Below, one piece after another: positions 1 through 9,588 of a stretch of 43,083 nucleotides of DNA. The notes beneath the pieces are model-generated. The model had not been told where the DNA came from. It worked only from the letters and a program-made list of their open reading frames with translations, and made no database searches. The translations under genes were made by a program, and so were the position numbers. Positions within the stretch are counted from its first letter, which is position 1, and every line of letters begins with the position of its first letter. Source of the stretch: an uncultured Candidatus Sumerlaeota bacterium. Its GTDB lineage: Bacteria; CAYMEV01. The stretch lies in contig CAYMEV010000008.1 of assembly GCA_964389675.1 (NCBI GenBank), positions 1 through 43,083 of the forward strand. The letters run 5' to 3'.

Positions 1-123
1 GATCTTGGGAGACACACTATTTTTTTAATTTACAGAAAATATTTTACACTCTCGACCATGTCATTAATAGTATTAAATATAATAATTTTATAGAAACTTT
101 AAAAGGAGGTTATTTTAAGTTTT

Positions 124-1440
124 ATGAAGAGAAATTTTATTTTATGTTTATTCCTTATTTTTGCCTTCGCACAAATGTTAGAGGTTTTAGCACAAGAACA
201 ATCAGATCCTAATGCTTATTTTACTTGTCAAGATGGTACTAACGATTTTGAATTTGATGTATTTATGAATACGAGAACATTCTATGTTTCTGATGATCTA
301 AGTGTCAATAATGCATATGATGCTATAAAAGACAATGGTGGAACAATTATTATCCCGCCCGGAACCTGGCCGGTTAATGGAACTCTTGCATTTGAGAATG
401 TTTCAGTAAGTATCATTGGAAGTGGCATGGGTAATTCAATTCTGGTCTGGCATAGCAGTGTAGATCCTAGTGGCATTAGTATAAAAGGAGATCTAAGAGA
501 TAATTGTTCACTTGTTCTTGAAAATTTGACTATAAAGACGACTGTGAATAATAATGGTAATGCAATTAACTTGATTCCAAAAACCACATACCTGCCACCG
601 CTTCAACGGTTTGGTAATTTCCCATGGTTTCGCGCTACCAATTGCAGTTTTACAGGTGATGAGATATATGGAAAAGACCAATCAGCTCCGACCAGCGATA
701 AAGGCTGGGCTAACATCATTTATGCAAAGAATGCCCTCAGGATGGTAATTACAGGATGTTATTTTGCAGGTCGAAATGTGCTTGATTATACTTTAGAAGA
801 AAACAGGGCCATATGGATTGTTCCCAATGACGATGGAGACTATGGCGCAGAGAATTTAATTGATAAATGCGTATTTAACTGGTTTTCTACTGCAATCTAT
901 AATGCAGGTGCTGAAGGGCTAAAGATAAATAATTGCAATATAGTTGCATGCGGCGTAGGGCTACATAATCTATTTGAGCCCGATAATAAGCCCTGTATAA
1001 TGCTAACAAACAGTCATATACATGCCTCTTATCGTGCAGTATGGACTGAGAAAACCAATGGAGTTCACATATTGGGCAATCACATATATGTCAATGATGA
1101 CTGGGAGGGTGCGCCTATAGGAAGAGTTATGATTCTTGCAGATGAGTGCAATAAGGTAAATATTTCAAATAATGATATAGTCAGTCATTACCTGAATCAA
1201 CCTACTTTAGGAATAAAATTAAGACAGTGTAACGCAGGAATTGTTAGCGGCAATATGTTCCATAATACGGATATTGAAACGTTCAGCAAATATATAAGTT
1301 TTCATGATTCCGATTATTGTATAGCCAGGATGAATACACATAACTATCCTAATGCATCAATATATGAAAAGCTGGAGCTTCTTGATGGTTCACATAATAT
1401 GATGGAAGATGAAATATCTCAGCAGACTAGACGGAACTAA
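124..1440 (+). CDS. Secreted right-handed parallel beta-helix (pectate lyase-like) protein
   Basis: 438-aa ORF; signal peptide MKRNFILCLFLIFAFAQ; GGTIIIPPGTW cap motif of pectate_lyase_3-like proteins; Asn/Cys ladder repeats (I.NC.I, I.GN.I, I.NN.I); AGGAGG upstream. Confidence 0.75.
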   Translation: MKRNFILCLFLIFAFAQMLEVLAQEQSDPNAYFTCQDGTNDFEFDVFMNTRTFYVSDDLSVNNAYDAIKDNGGTIIIPPGTWPVNGTLAFENVSVSIIGSGMGNSILVWHSSVDPSGISIKGDLRDNCSLVLENLTIKTTVNNNGNAINLIPKTTYLPPLQRFGNFPWFRATNCSFTGDEIYGKDQSAPTSDKGWANIIYAKNALRMVITGCYFAGRNVLDYTLEENRAIWIVPNDDGDYGAENLIDKCVFNWFSTAIYNAGAEGLKINNCNIVACGVGLHNLFEPDNKPCIMLTNSHIHASYRAVWTEKTNGVHILGNHIYVNDDWEGAPIGRVMILADECNKVNISNNDIVSHYLNQPTLGIKLRQCNAGIVSGNMFHNTDIETFSKYISFHDSDYCIARMNTHNYPNASIYEKLELLDGSHNMMEDEISQQTRRN

Positions 1441-1980
1441 CCATATTTCTCATCATTTATAGAAGCCTCTTTAAGAAGGGCATATTAAATATGTTTTTGC
1501 TTGGTAATTCGCATATCCTCTGAGACTCATAGATATATCACCTGCAGGAATATAGTTGCCTGATCTGCTAAACTGGCACAACAATGAAAATCTAAATGAC
1601 TAGTATCTGTTGCATCCTAATAGGTAAAGATTCCTACGAAAAGAAATGCAATGACAATGGCTGAGTACCTGGACAGAGTCCAGATGGATGCTGACTAGCC
1701 TATTTTATATTAGAAGTGTTTTTATTGAAAAATTCCCCATCCAAAAATTTTACAAAAGATAGCAGATAAATTTATGGTATATGAGTACTCCATGGAAATA
1801 TTAATGACATAAAACAGCAGAACCTATTACTATCAGTATGACGAGGAAGAATGGTCTACATTAATTCACGCTGCTTTGAGCAGAATCACACCAAGAAAAT
1901 TAACTGAAGCATTAATTAATGATTTTATTTTGTATTTGCCAAAAATAGAGAGTCTCTTTATTTATGGAGAGCCTGATTGA
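1441..1980 (+). pseudogene. Decayed remnant of the FG-GAP-like C-terminal module found in 3550..6714 and 27055..29469
   Basis: 1792-1980 translates MEILMT*NSRTYYYQYDEEEWSTLIHAALSRITPRKLTEALINDFILY..., aligning to EVIFTYMQRTYFYSYEAKGWSTLVIAPLKRIISGRFTGGDKDDII; the TAA at 1810-1812 sits at the Tyr position; same frame as 124..1440. Confidence 0.65.
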
Positions 1981-2041
1981 TATGTATTTTCCTGATTTAT
2001 CTTAATTCGATTTTCTTATTATTAAACATAGGGATATTATT

Positions 2042-2179
2042 ATGAGATATTACCTGATAGTCATGATTTTATCTTTTTTAGCTTTAATTTCAGCCTGTAC
2101 TGCACTTCATTATTCTTCGAAGTCTTCTGCAATACCGCAGAAATTTAACCCTCCCAAGAAGAATAATAATCCACAATAG
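2042..2179 (+). CDS. Possible small lipoprotein (45 aa)
   Basis: MRYYLIVMILSFLALISAC-TALHYSSKSS...; lipobox-like ISAC; AGGGA upstream; below the ORF-track cutoff and may be spurious. Confidence 0.25.
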   Translation: MRYYLIVMILSFLALISACTALHYSSKSSAIPQKFNPPKKNNNPQ

Positions 2180-2395
2180 GACCAGTTTCTAAATTTTCAA
2201 GCCCTGGCGGCTGCCATAGAGTGTTAATTTTTATATCCTTTTTAACTATCATATATATAATTGAGATTGCATTCCAATGTGCTCTATATTTTATTGCATT
2301 ACCATATAAGAAAATCTCAAAAAGAATTCTTCTCGCTTTATCCCCTACTTTCAGGTCGGTTTCAGCCCCTCCTGTACTACAAGGGCAAGCACGGC

Positions 2396-3493
2396 TTAGC
2401 TATCCTTCTGCTTAGCCTTGTCAGTTACATCTACGAACTGCTTTCCTGTATCCATCTGTATATGTTTCACAGTATTGCCGGAAAAATCCAGTTTCTTAAG
2501 ATCAACCCTGCCTATTGAAAGATTGTCATAGGTTCTGAAATACAGCTTTTTACTGGTAAGGTCGCGTACTATTATCCACTGGGTTTCTTCATACATCATT
2601 TCTCCGTTTTCCAGCTTCTGTGCAACCGCTCCCAAAGGAATATCAACGGTGTTTAAGATGTGGAATGCAAGATTAACAGCACTTTCTGCGTCCTGCGCCG
2701 GCAAAGAAGAGGCTGCCAGAAATGCAGTGCGAACAAACCGGCCCGGCGGAGTATAGTCGCCAGGCATACCGAGAAGACCGGAGCCCTGTCCCATTGGAGG
2801 CACATCAACACCGTTAAGCTTTATGGGGAAGGCATTAATATTTGTAAGATTTACATAATTCCTCAGGTTTGTGATCTGCCAGTCAAAAGGCGGAGAATTT
2901 GTCATAACACCCAAAGGATTATCATAAATATAAAGCTCACCCCCTACATATTCTATAACAATGGAACCGCCATAAGCATCATGTACTGCAAAATGCAGGG
3001 GCAGGGGAAACGGGATTTCTTCCGATTCATAATTAAATACAACGATCTTTTTTATTTCTGTCTTTACTTCATCAACGGATGCAAAATTGCCCAGCATCCA
3101 GTTTACAAGAAGGCAATGAGCCAGTTCCTTTTCTGTGTCTTCCGGGCCTGCACTCTGATACCGTGCATATCCGGGCAGGTACAGGCCACCTGCAGAAAGG
3201 CCCGCTTCATTAATCCCGTCCATAATGCCATCTTCAGAACCCAGCACGGTTGCACCAATATAACCGTATTTGCATTTCCATTTCAGACCCTTTTTATTGC
3301 CTGGTGCCGGGCTCTCCATTATAAACCCCCTGGGAACCACAGCAAGGTCGCTTTCAAGGTCATAACCGAACTCATTGGAACGCCCCACGATTATTGCCCC
3401 GTCACTGGACTTCACACTGAAAATAGTGCAGCTGATACCGGTTTGAACCGCGAGGAAAATTGCCATAATTGCCATTGCAACAGCTTTAGTCAT
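2396..3493 (-). CDS. Choloylglycine hydrolase / penicillin V acylase family (Ntn hydrolase), exported
   Basis: Signal peptide followed by nucleophile CTIF; GRSNEF, DGINEAGL, GVMTNSPPFDWQITNLRNY and PGDYTPPGRFVR family motifs. Confidence 0.92.
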   Translation of the reverse strand: MTKAVAMAIMAIFLAVQTGISCTIFSVKSSDGAIIVGRSNEFGYDLESDLAVVPRGFIMESPAPGNKKGLKWKCKYGYIGATVLGSEDGIMDGINEAGLSAGGLYLPGYARYQSAGPEDTEKELAHCLLVNWMLGNFASVDEVKTEIKKIVVFNYESEEIPFPLPLHFAVHDAYGGSIVIEYVGGELYIYDNPLGVMTNSPPFDWQITNLRNYVNLTNINAFPIKLNGVDVPPMGQGSGLLGMPGDYTPPGRFVRTAFLAASSLPAQDAESAVNLAFHILNTVDIPLGAVAQKLENGEMMYEETQWIIVRDLTSKKLYFRTYDNLSIGRVDLKKLDFSGNTVKHIQMDTGKQFVDVTDKAKQKDS

Positions 3494-3549
3494 GTTTTTC
3501 TCCTTTTATTCATCTATTCAACTTCAGGCATATCAAAGAATAGAAATAA

Positions 3550-6500
3550 TCACTCTATCCTGGCTATGGACCCTGCATGCCCTTCAAAGGCAAGCGCCTC
3601 AAAGCGATTTTCTCCGGTTATAAAGAGGTACAGGTTCCCGGAAGGGTAATGGTTCAATAAAAGGTCATCCTTCTCTCCCCCGGTGAACCTTCCCCCGGCT
3701 GTCCTGCTGAACGGGGCAAAGGCAAACAGAGACCATGACAGCGCCTCATAATTATAGTAATAGGTTCTCTGGCTGTAGGGCAGAAAGACCTCTTTTCCTG
3801 GCCCTGAGGCTATATCCGCGATACCGATACTGTGTCCGCTGTCAGGCCAGCCCAATGTAATCCTGCTTATGGCAAGGCCTTTTTGCATGTCCTGTTTATA
3901 GACCCATACAGAATTATCTCTTATATCCTCTATAATATCAAAGCATTCGTATTTAGCACCATTGTCCCTGCCTGGCGTATAGGTCGCAAGATAAACCCCG
4001 TATCCTGCAAAGGACAGTACCAGCTCACTGAATCCATCCCCTGTAATATCCCCGGACAGTACCTGATCAGGGCTGATACTCAGAATCTTTGTAAAGCTTC
4101 CTTCTGAAAAGTCATATAGATAGAGCCCCTGCAGGCCGTTAAAACTAATAGCAAGCTCATCAATCGACATAATATCCCTGTCAATGTTTACAGCATGGAC
4201 TATATCGGCATCGCTGGGAATTAGAATGCTCCATGAGCCCTCCAGGTCTTCATTTATATAAAGGCCATGGCCTGTAAATGATGCAATTACACTCTCTGCC
4301 TGGGAGGAGGAGGTTTTTGCCAGGGCAAAATCCCCGATATCCGTTATATTAACGGGTGTAATCCTTGTCCATACCCTGGAAGCAAGATCATAGAAATAAA
4401 GCCCGTAACCCTGCAGTAATGCTACGATATCTGCAGCCCCGTCTCCTGTTATATCTCCTGCCAGCAGCTTTGAAGCTGTTTCATTATTGATTTTATCCCA
4501 AAGGGAGCCCTTAACATTAAGTCTGTTCCCCCCTCCCCGGCTGTAATTCCACACGTATATTCCGGGAAAGGCAGGGTTCTCAAGGCTAATGACAGCACTG
4601 TCAGCCGGAGGCTGTGAGGTATCTGACAGCTTCCACACATGGACAACCAGCTGTCCCCATCCGTAGGCATCATACTCTGTTAGATACAGCAGGCTGTTTG
4701 AGCTGTCGAATGCAGCACTCACTATACTGCAGTTCTCATTATAGAACAGCCCCCTGTCAAGCCTCAGGGCTGCATATGGCTGAGGCTCATAAGGCTCTAT
4801 CTCACCCTGGGCAACCCGCGCCAGCTCAAGGGGATCATAGAATATGATCATTGGTATGAAACTGTTTGACCTCCATCCCTTTCCATCGGGGTCCGTACCA
4901 GGAAATTCAGGAAAGGGGATATTCCACTCAATCCATGTAAGGGGCATGTTCTCTCCGGTATACCCGTACCAGCAGTCACCCACTGCATTCTTCCCTATCA
5001 GTGCGACTGCGCTTTTATCCCCTGCATTAAGCCATACTCCCCCGGGCCAGTCATCTGCATGGTTATAATAGACGACCGAGTCAGGGAATTCATACTGCCC
5101 TGCATTATACACAGATCCGTATTCAAGAAGGGTTATATAGTCAAAACAGGTATTATCAGGCGGGTTTTCCCCATATTCCCAGGGTGCGAAGGCATAGAGG
5201 GCAGGCCCCATGCCGCTCAAACCCCCGTCTCTGTATCTTCCGACAAGAAGCGACTTTGAGTCAAAGTTCAGGGATGCATAATCATGGTCAGCTGAAAACA
5301 GGTAATTATTCAGCTGAGGGTCATAGGGCCCCTGATTGCACGGGCCTGCACAGTGTGCATAGGGATGTATCCCGGATGTAAGGTCACCCGGGCTGCACCA
5401 GCTTATAGAAGGCGTTTTGCCGCTCATATCCAGCTGGTAGTGGAATCCCCAGCTGTTATACAGCCTGAATTCCAAAAGCGATGCCCGGGGGCTGACGATC
5501 TCAAGCCCTATCCTCCACACATCAACGTATTCCCATCCGTCAATCTCCGGAGGCCTTATATTGACAGGAGTCTGAATAATAGCTGCAGTGTTCAGGTCGC
5601 TTGCATCCATCAGGGGTGAGATCACAGGGACAGGTATGGAAAACTCCCCCACATACCCGTGCTCATGCTGGCTCAGGTCCGAGATGAAGAGAGATCCGGG
5701 ATAGCCGTCAATAGAACCGGAACCGCTCTGGCCCCCGTCACCCTCAGGATAACAGGCAAACCCTTCACCCCCATAAGCAAAAACATCCTCTGGCAATTTA
5801 AATGCACCAAGGTATTCAAAATCCGTTCCTGATGGAAGGCTGTCGCTTCCCTCAAAAGCCAGTGTTTGAACATCTGCAGTGCTGGATAAAGCGCTCCAGT
5901 TGCCTGCCTCATCCACAGCCCGGACGGAGAATCCATAATCTGTAAGGGGTTCCAGCAGGGATACAGTAAAGCTATTATCAATGGAATGGCCCTCTATCTC
6001 ATCGCCGTTATAGATAAAATATTCATAAATGCCTGTATTATCCCAGGGTATATCCCATGAGAGAGATACCTGGGAGCTGGAGAGCACATATGCTGAGAGG
6101 TTTGCAGGAGATTCAGGGGGGGTAATGTCCGCATCATACAGAAGCTCTATCATGTCGCAGATAAGATACTGCTTCTGTTCATTCTCTCCCCATTCAATAT
6201 GAAGGTTTACATTAACCATGTTATGGCTGCCTGAAGAACTGTTTACACCGCTATCGATAATATTGAACACAGATTTTGCCTCTGAATAGGCAGGCACGCT
6301 TATCATAGCCTCCCTGTAATTGTAGAAATTCCTCATGGTAAACCATGTTCCGTATTCACCTGAAGCTGGATAGTCAGGGTCATTAAAGCTGATCCTCGGA
6401 ATAAAGCGTATCTCATGAGATGAATTATTATACCAGGTTACGACTATCCTTTCTCCTGGGACAAAATCTCTGTATATGCCCTGTATCCCATAATAATCAT

Positions 6501-6714
6501 TATATTCCCCCAGGCTGGAAACTGCAGCCAGGCCCCCAGGCCCATCAGCAGTATAATCAGCATTAGGGCTTTTCAGTACTGTATTCCAGTTTTTAAGTCC
6601 ATACAGGTTTTCAGCCTCAGAACTGCCAAAATCTGCAAGTATAACTCCATAGGCATTTTTAGCCATAATGGAGAGAAAAAATGACAGCACAAGGACAATT
6701 ATAATTTTCCTCAT
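3550..6714 (-). CDS. Large secreted protein: N-terminal domain + fibronectin type III + putative beta-propeller + FG-GAP-like C-terminal module
   Basis: Start moved to ATG 6714 (MRKIIIVLVL signal peptide, AAGGAG upstream); FN3 DITPPESPANL...LSW...DN.GI..Y...LEP.TDY.FSVRAVDEAGNWS; C-terminal GDITGDG repeats. Confidence 0.8.
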   Translation of the reverse strand: MRKIIIVLVLSFFLSIMAKNAYGVILADFGSSEAENLYGLKNWNTVLKSPNADYTADGPGGLAAVSSLGEYNDYYGIQGIYRDFVPGERIVVTWYNNSSHEIRFIPRISFNDPDYPASGEYGTWFTMRNFYNYREAMISVPAYSEAKSVFNIIDSGVNSSSGSHNMVNVNLHIEWGENEQKQYLICDMIELLYDADITPPESPANLSAYVLSSSQVSLSWDIPWDNTGIYEYFIYNGDEIEGHSIDNSFTVSLLEPLTDYGFSVRAVDEAGNWSALSSTADVQTLAFEGSDSLPSGTDFEYLGAFKLPEDVFAYGGEGFACYPEGDGGQSGSGSIDGYPGSLFISDLSQHEHGYVGEFSIPVPVISPLMDASDLNTAAIIQTPVNIRPPEIDGWEYVDVWRIGLEIVSPRASLLEFRLYNSWGFHYQLDMSGKTPSISWCSPGDLTSGIHPYAHCAGPCNQGPYDPQLNNYLFSADHDYASLNFDSKSLLVGRYRDGGLSGMGPALYAFAPWEYGENPPDNTCFDYITLLEYGSVYNAGQYEFPDSVVYYNHADDWPGGVWLNAGDKSAVALIGKNAVGDCWYGYTGENMPLTWIEWNIPFPEFPGTDPDGKGWRSNSFIPMIIFYDPLELARVAQGEIEPYEPQPYAALRLDRGLFYNENCSIVSAAFDSSNSLLYLTEYDAYGWGQLVVHVWKLSDTSQPPADSAVISLENPAFPGIYVWNYSRGGGNRLNVKGSLWDKINNETASKLLAGDITGDGAADIVALLQGYGLYFYDLASRVWTRITPVNITDIGDFALAKTSSSQAESVIASFTGHGLYINEDLEGSWSILIPSDADIVHAVNIDRDIMSIDELAISFNGLQGLYLYDFSEGSFTKILSISPDQVLSGDITGDGFSELVLSFAGYGVYLATYTPGRDNGAKYECFDIIEDIRDNSVWVYKQDMQKGLAISRITLGWPDSGHSIGIADIASGPGKEVFLPYSQRTYYYNYEALSWSLFAFAPFSRTAGGRFTGGEKDDLLLNHYPSGNLYLFITGENRFEALAFEGHAGSIARIE

Positions 6715-6799
6715 GGCCTGGTTCTCCTTTAGAGATTTATATAAACCCATTAATATATTATCGTCCTAAACCCTTATATGTTGCCCGGGAAAAAACTCT

Positions 6800-7200
6800 A
6801 AATGATGTCTCTGCTCTATATGGGAAATTTTTGGCTCTGCCCCCCTGAAAACTTCACGAATCCGCACATAGACTTCCTCATAAAAGACGGGATCTTTGAT
6901 GAGGATAATAATTTTCACTCCATACCCAAAATAGACACAAAAAGGCAGTAATGATATTCAGGGAAAGAGTATCTGAAATGCTTGAGGAAAATGCATATAA
7001 AATGCTTTTATCAAAAAGCAGAGCACTATGATAAGAAACTGGCAATATACACTATTTCGGCTTCTCAGTCCATAATATTGAAAAGCTCTCAGAGGATAAT
7101 CTAAAAAGCCTTAACCAGGTTTGCAGAGTATCTGGTTGCTTCCTTTTCCCTAAGAGATAATAACATTCTCAGAGAAATCTGTGAATGGCAGGTAAAAATG
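6800..7200 (+). pseudogene. Fragmented IS91-family (Y2/HUH) transposase remnant
   Basis: Frameshifted segments in the expected order: NPHIDFLIKDGIFDEDNNFHSIP (6859 on; degenerate HUH), IFRERVSEML, MIRNW, GFSVHN (7059), RFAEYLVASFSL; several stops. Confidence 0.65.
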
Positions 7201-7316
7201 CATTTTCCATGGTAAATAGATTTACACCTTTCAACAAAAAAAAGGCTTGTTCCTCTTTCTCTTTTTGTGTTCTAAATGATTTTCCGCTTATATTAAAAAC
7301 TCTATACAATAAGCAA

Positions 7317-7829
7317 TTACCAGCCAATATCTACCGTAATTTTACCATATATCTTATATCCCTCATCTGCATAAGATGCAAACTTTGATTCTCCTACCGG
7401 TTCGAGATTGATAAATCCAAAAGCCTTTTCACCCTTATTTCCTAAATGAACCTGGCTCATCATATTACCCATGCGCAATTTGTCGGTAACATGGTCAAGT
7501 TTTAAATAAAAGGCTTCGATTGTATTCATTTCATCCTTACTTACAAACTCAATGATGTAGTTAACCTTATCCTTTACATCAATCTGCTCTACTTTAACTA
7601 TGGTTGAGGGCTCATAAACCGGACAGAACCCCTTCGGATAGTCTTCTGGGATGCTCGTGCTGTCACTAACAGTTTTTGCCTGAGTATTTTCAGAATCTTG
7701 TGCAGGAGCTTGCTGCACAGAAGCTTCCTCTTCAGTTTTTTTCTCTTTACTATCGCTGCAACCCACAAAGGTCAGTGTAAAGCAGGCTATAATTAAAAAC
7801 GCAATTGCTGCTTTCACAATTTTACTCAT
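7317..7829 (-). CDS. Hypothetical lipoprotein
   Basis: 170 aa; lipobox FVGC-S, low-complexity linker, IPEDYPKGFCPVY; GGGAGG upstream. Confidence 0.8.
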   Translation of the reverse strand: MSKIVKAAIAFLIIACFTLTFVGCSDSKEKKTEEEASVQQAPAQDSENTQAKTVSDSTSIPEDYPKGFCPVYEPSTIVKVEQIDVKDKVNYIIEFVSKDEMNTIEAFYLKLDHVTDKLRMGNMMSQVHLGNKGEKAFGFINLEPVGESKFASYADEGYKIYGKITVDIGW

Positions 7830-8208
7830 ATTAGTTTTCCTCCCAAAACTTAAGTTTAATGTAAATCTTTAGTTGCCTAAAATTCTTTATTCTCTAATTT
7901 TTATCAATCCTTTCCATTCATCAATTAAAAAACTCTGATTGATATGCCGTTATGCTAAAATAATTAAGTGCTTTGGTCTATAAAAAAATAAATAAGCAAT
8001 TTGAGAAAAATTATGTAGACTCATCAGAAATTATTTCTTAAGATTAATAAGATTTCAAAGATCTGTGCAGAATAATATAAGGATTTGAATACTCCAGATC
8101 AATTTTCTGAGATTTGAGCTAAAGGGTAAAAATTGAATTTGCTATCAGCAGACAGTTATAAATGCAGCTTCGCTGCACCACTTATCACGTACCTGAAGAG
8201 GCATCTCA

Positions 8209-9588
8209 ATGTCTGACTTGCACTCATTCTTTCGTAGCCTGCCAGCAGGTGCATCAATTGCCGTAATCTTCATTTCCTTGATGGTACTGCCTGGCATGAA
8301 AGCTGTTGCGATCGAACCATCTACTTCCATAAGCATCGAAAAAATAGAGCAGACGGAGCGCGGTTTTGTCGTGACTGGAGAGGTGACATATGACGGGCCT
8401 GTATCGGGCGGCGGCGAAAGCCACTCATACAGCCTCAGCGTGATTGCCGATATAAAAGATTCCATGACCGCCAGGTTTCCCGAGCTTCCAGAATACCTGA
8501 TCATCCGCCCTCCTGCCGAAGCTCAGACAAGCATTGGTCCAGGCAGCGGCCCTGGCAACCTGATGACCATTGAGGAGCGGGATGGTATTGACTGCAGCTC
8601 GATCCGCACCGGCCCCAAGCCCGGAACGGCCTCTTTCGAACTGGTCATTCCGCCAGAACATGCAGGGAAAATGGTGCGTATCCGTGCCTACCTGAACTAC
8701 CAGTACAACAATGTCGGCACACCCTGGCCGGCTATAAGGTACTACCACGAGATCGGCTATGAGGGCGTTTTACAGCCTGTTCGCACAACCACCTCCAACG
8801 GCGACAGCCCCGGAACTGATGCCACTGATACTGATGATGCAAACGGTGACAGGAGTGATAAAAAGGGTAATAAACCGCCGGAAACACCCAGGCCGGACCC
8901 ATATGAACTGCCACCTTCTGTTGACATCAATGTTCCCAAAGGCAATATCGCCGGAACCATCAGCACTGGAGGAGACACTGAATTAGGGCCTGTCACCGGT
9001 GAGGAAACGGAGGTCACAGCCCCCGGTGTACTGCCAGACGAGATAGAAATTCCTATGATCATAAATGATATAAAGGCACAGCTGAAAAACCCAAAATATA
9101 CATCCGAGCAGCGCAACGAACTGGCCCAGACCCTTAATGACCTTGTTCAAACATACGGTGAGATGGAGCAAAACCAGATCTGGCTCAACTATTACTCCGA
9201 CACCGCCTTTCTTGCTTCTGATCTTATCCTTACCTATAATCCGATAGTAGGGCCGGCCTGGTCGACAGCAAAGGCCGGTGTAGATATTGCCAACGGCGAC
9301 TATGCCAGCGCTGCACTCAACCTGGCAACCACAATGGGTACATTGAAGTTCACCACCGCGGGTAAGGTATACAACACCGCCCAGGGGACAATCACAATAC
9401 CCGCCAAGACATATATACTCAACAATGCCGGCCAGAAGATCCAGCTGGCTTCTGACTATATCAAGATCCTGCTATCCACGGTTGGGCCATTGCCAAACAG
9501 TACAGCAACGCCGCCCGCAAACGGCGGAACCTACACAAACGATCAGTGGATTCCCTATGATCAGCACCCTGTCAAGGATTTGCAATAA
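8209..9588 (+). CDS. Hypothetical secreted protein with Pro/Thr/Asp linker and hydrophobic helical C-terminal region
   Basis: 459-aa ORF; N-terminal hydrophobic segment ending AVA; stop overlaps next start (TAATG). Confidence 0.7.
   Translation: MSDLHSFFRSLPAGASIAVIFISLMVLPGMKAVAIEPSTSISIEKIEQTERGFVVTGEVTYDGPVSGGGESHSYSLSVIADIKDSMTARFPELPEYLIIRPPAEAQTSIGPGSGPGNLMTIEERDGIDCSSIRTGPKPGTASFELVIPPEHAGKMVRIRAYLNYQYNNVGTPWPAIRYYHEIGYEGVLQPVRTTTSNGDSPGTDATDTDDANGDRSDKKGNKPPETPRPDPYELPPSVDINVPKGNIAGTISTGGDTELGPVTGEETEVTAPGVLPDEIEIPMIINDIKAQLKNPKYTSEQRNELAQTLNDLVQTYGEMEQNQIWLNYYSDTAFLASDLILTYNPIVGPAWSTAKAGVDIANGDYASAALNLATTMGTLKFTTAGKVYNTAQGTITIPAKTYILNNAGQKIQLASDYIKILLSTVGPLPNSTATPPANGGTYTNDQWIPYDQHPVKDLQ

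Noticed and set aside
2030-2260. Possible decayed gene on the minus strand (signal-like segment, then AEIKAKKDKIMTIR)
   Set aside because: Multiple stops and too little similarity to assign; conflicts with the equally weak + strand lipoprotein ORF.
2660-3649. 329-aa + strand ORF
   Set aside because: Antisense shadow of the well-supported hydrolase gene; no motifs. The same applies to the many short ORFs nested in or antisense to long genes.
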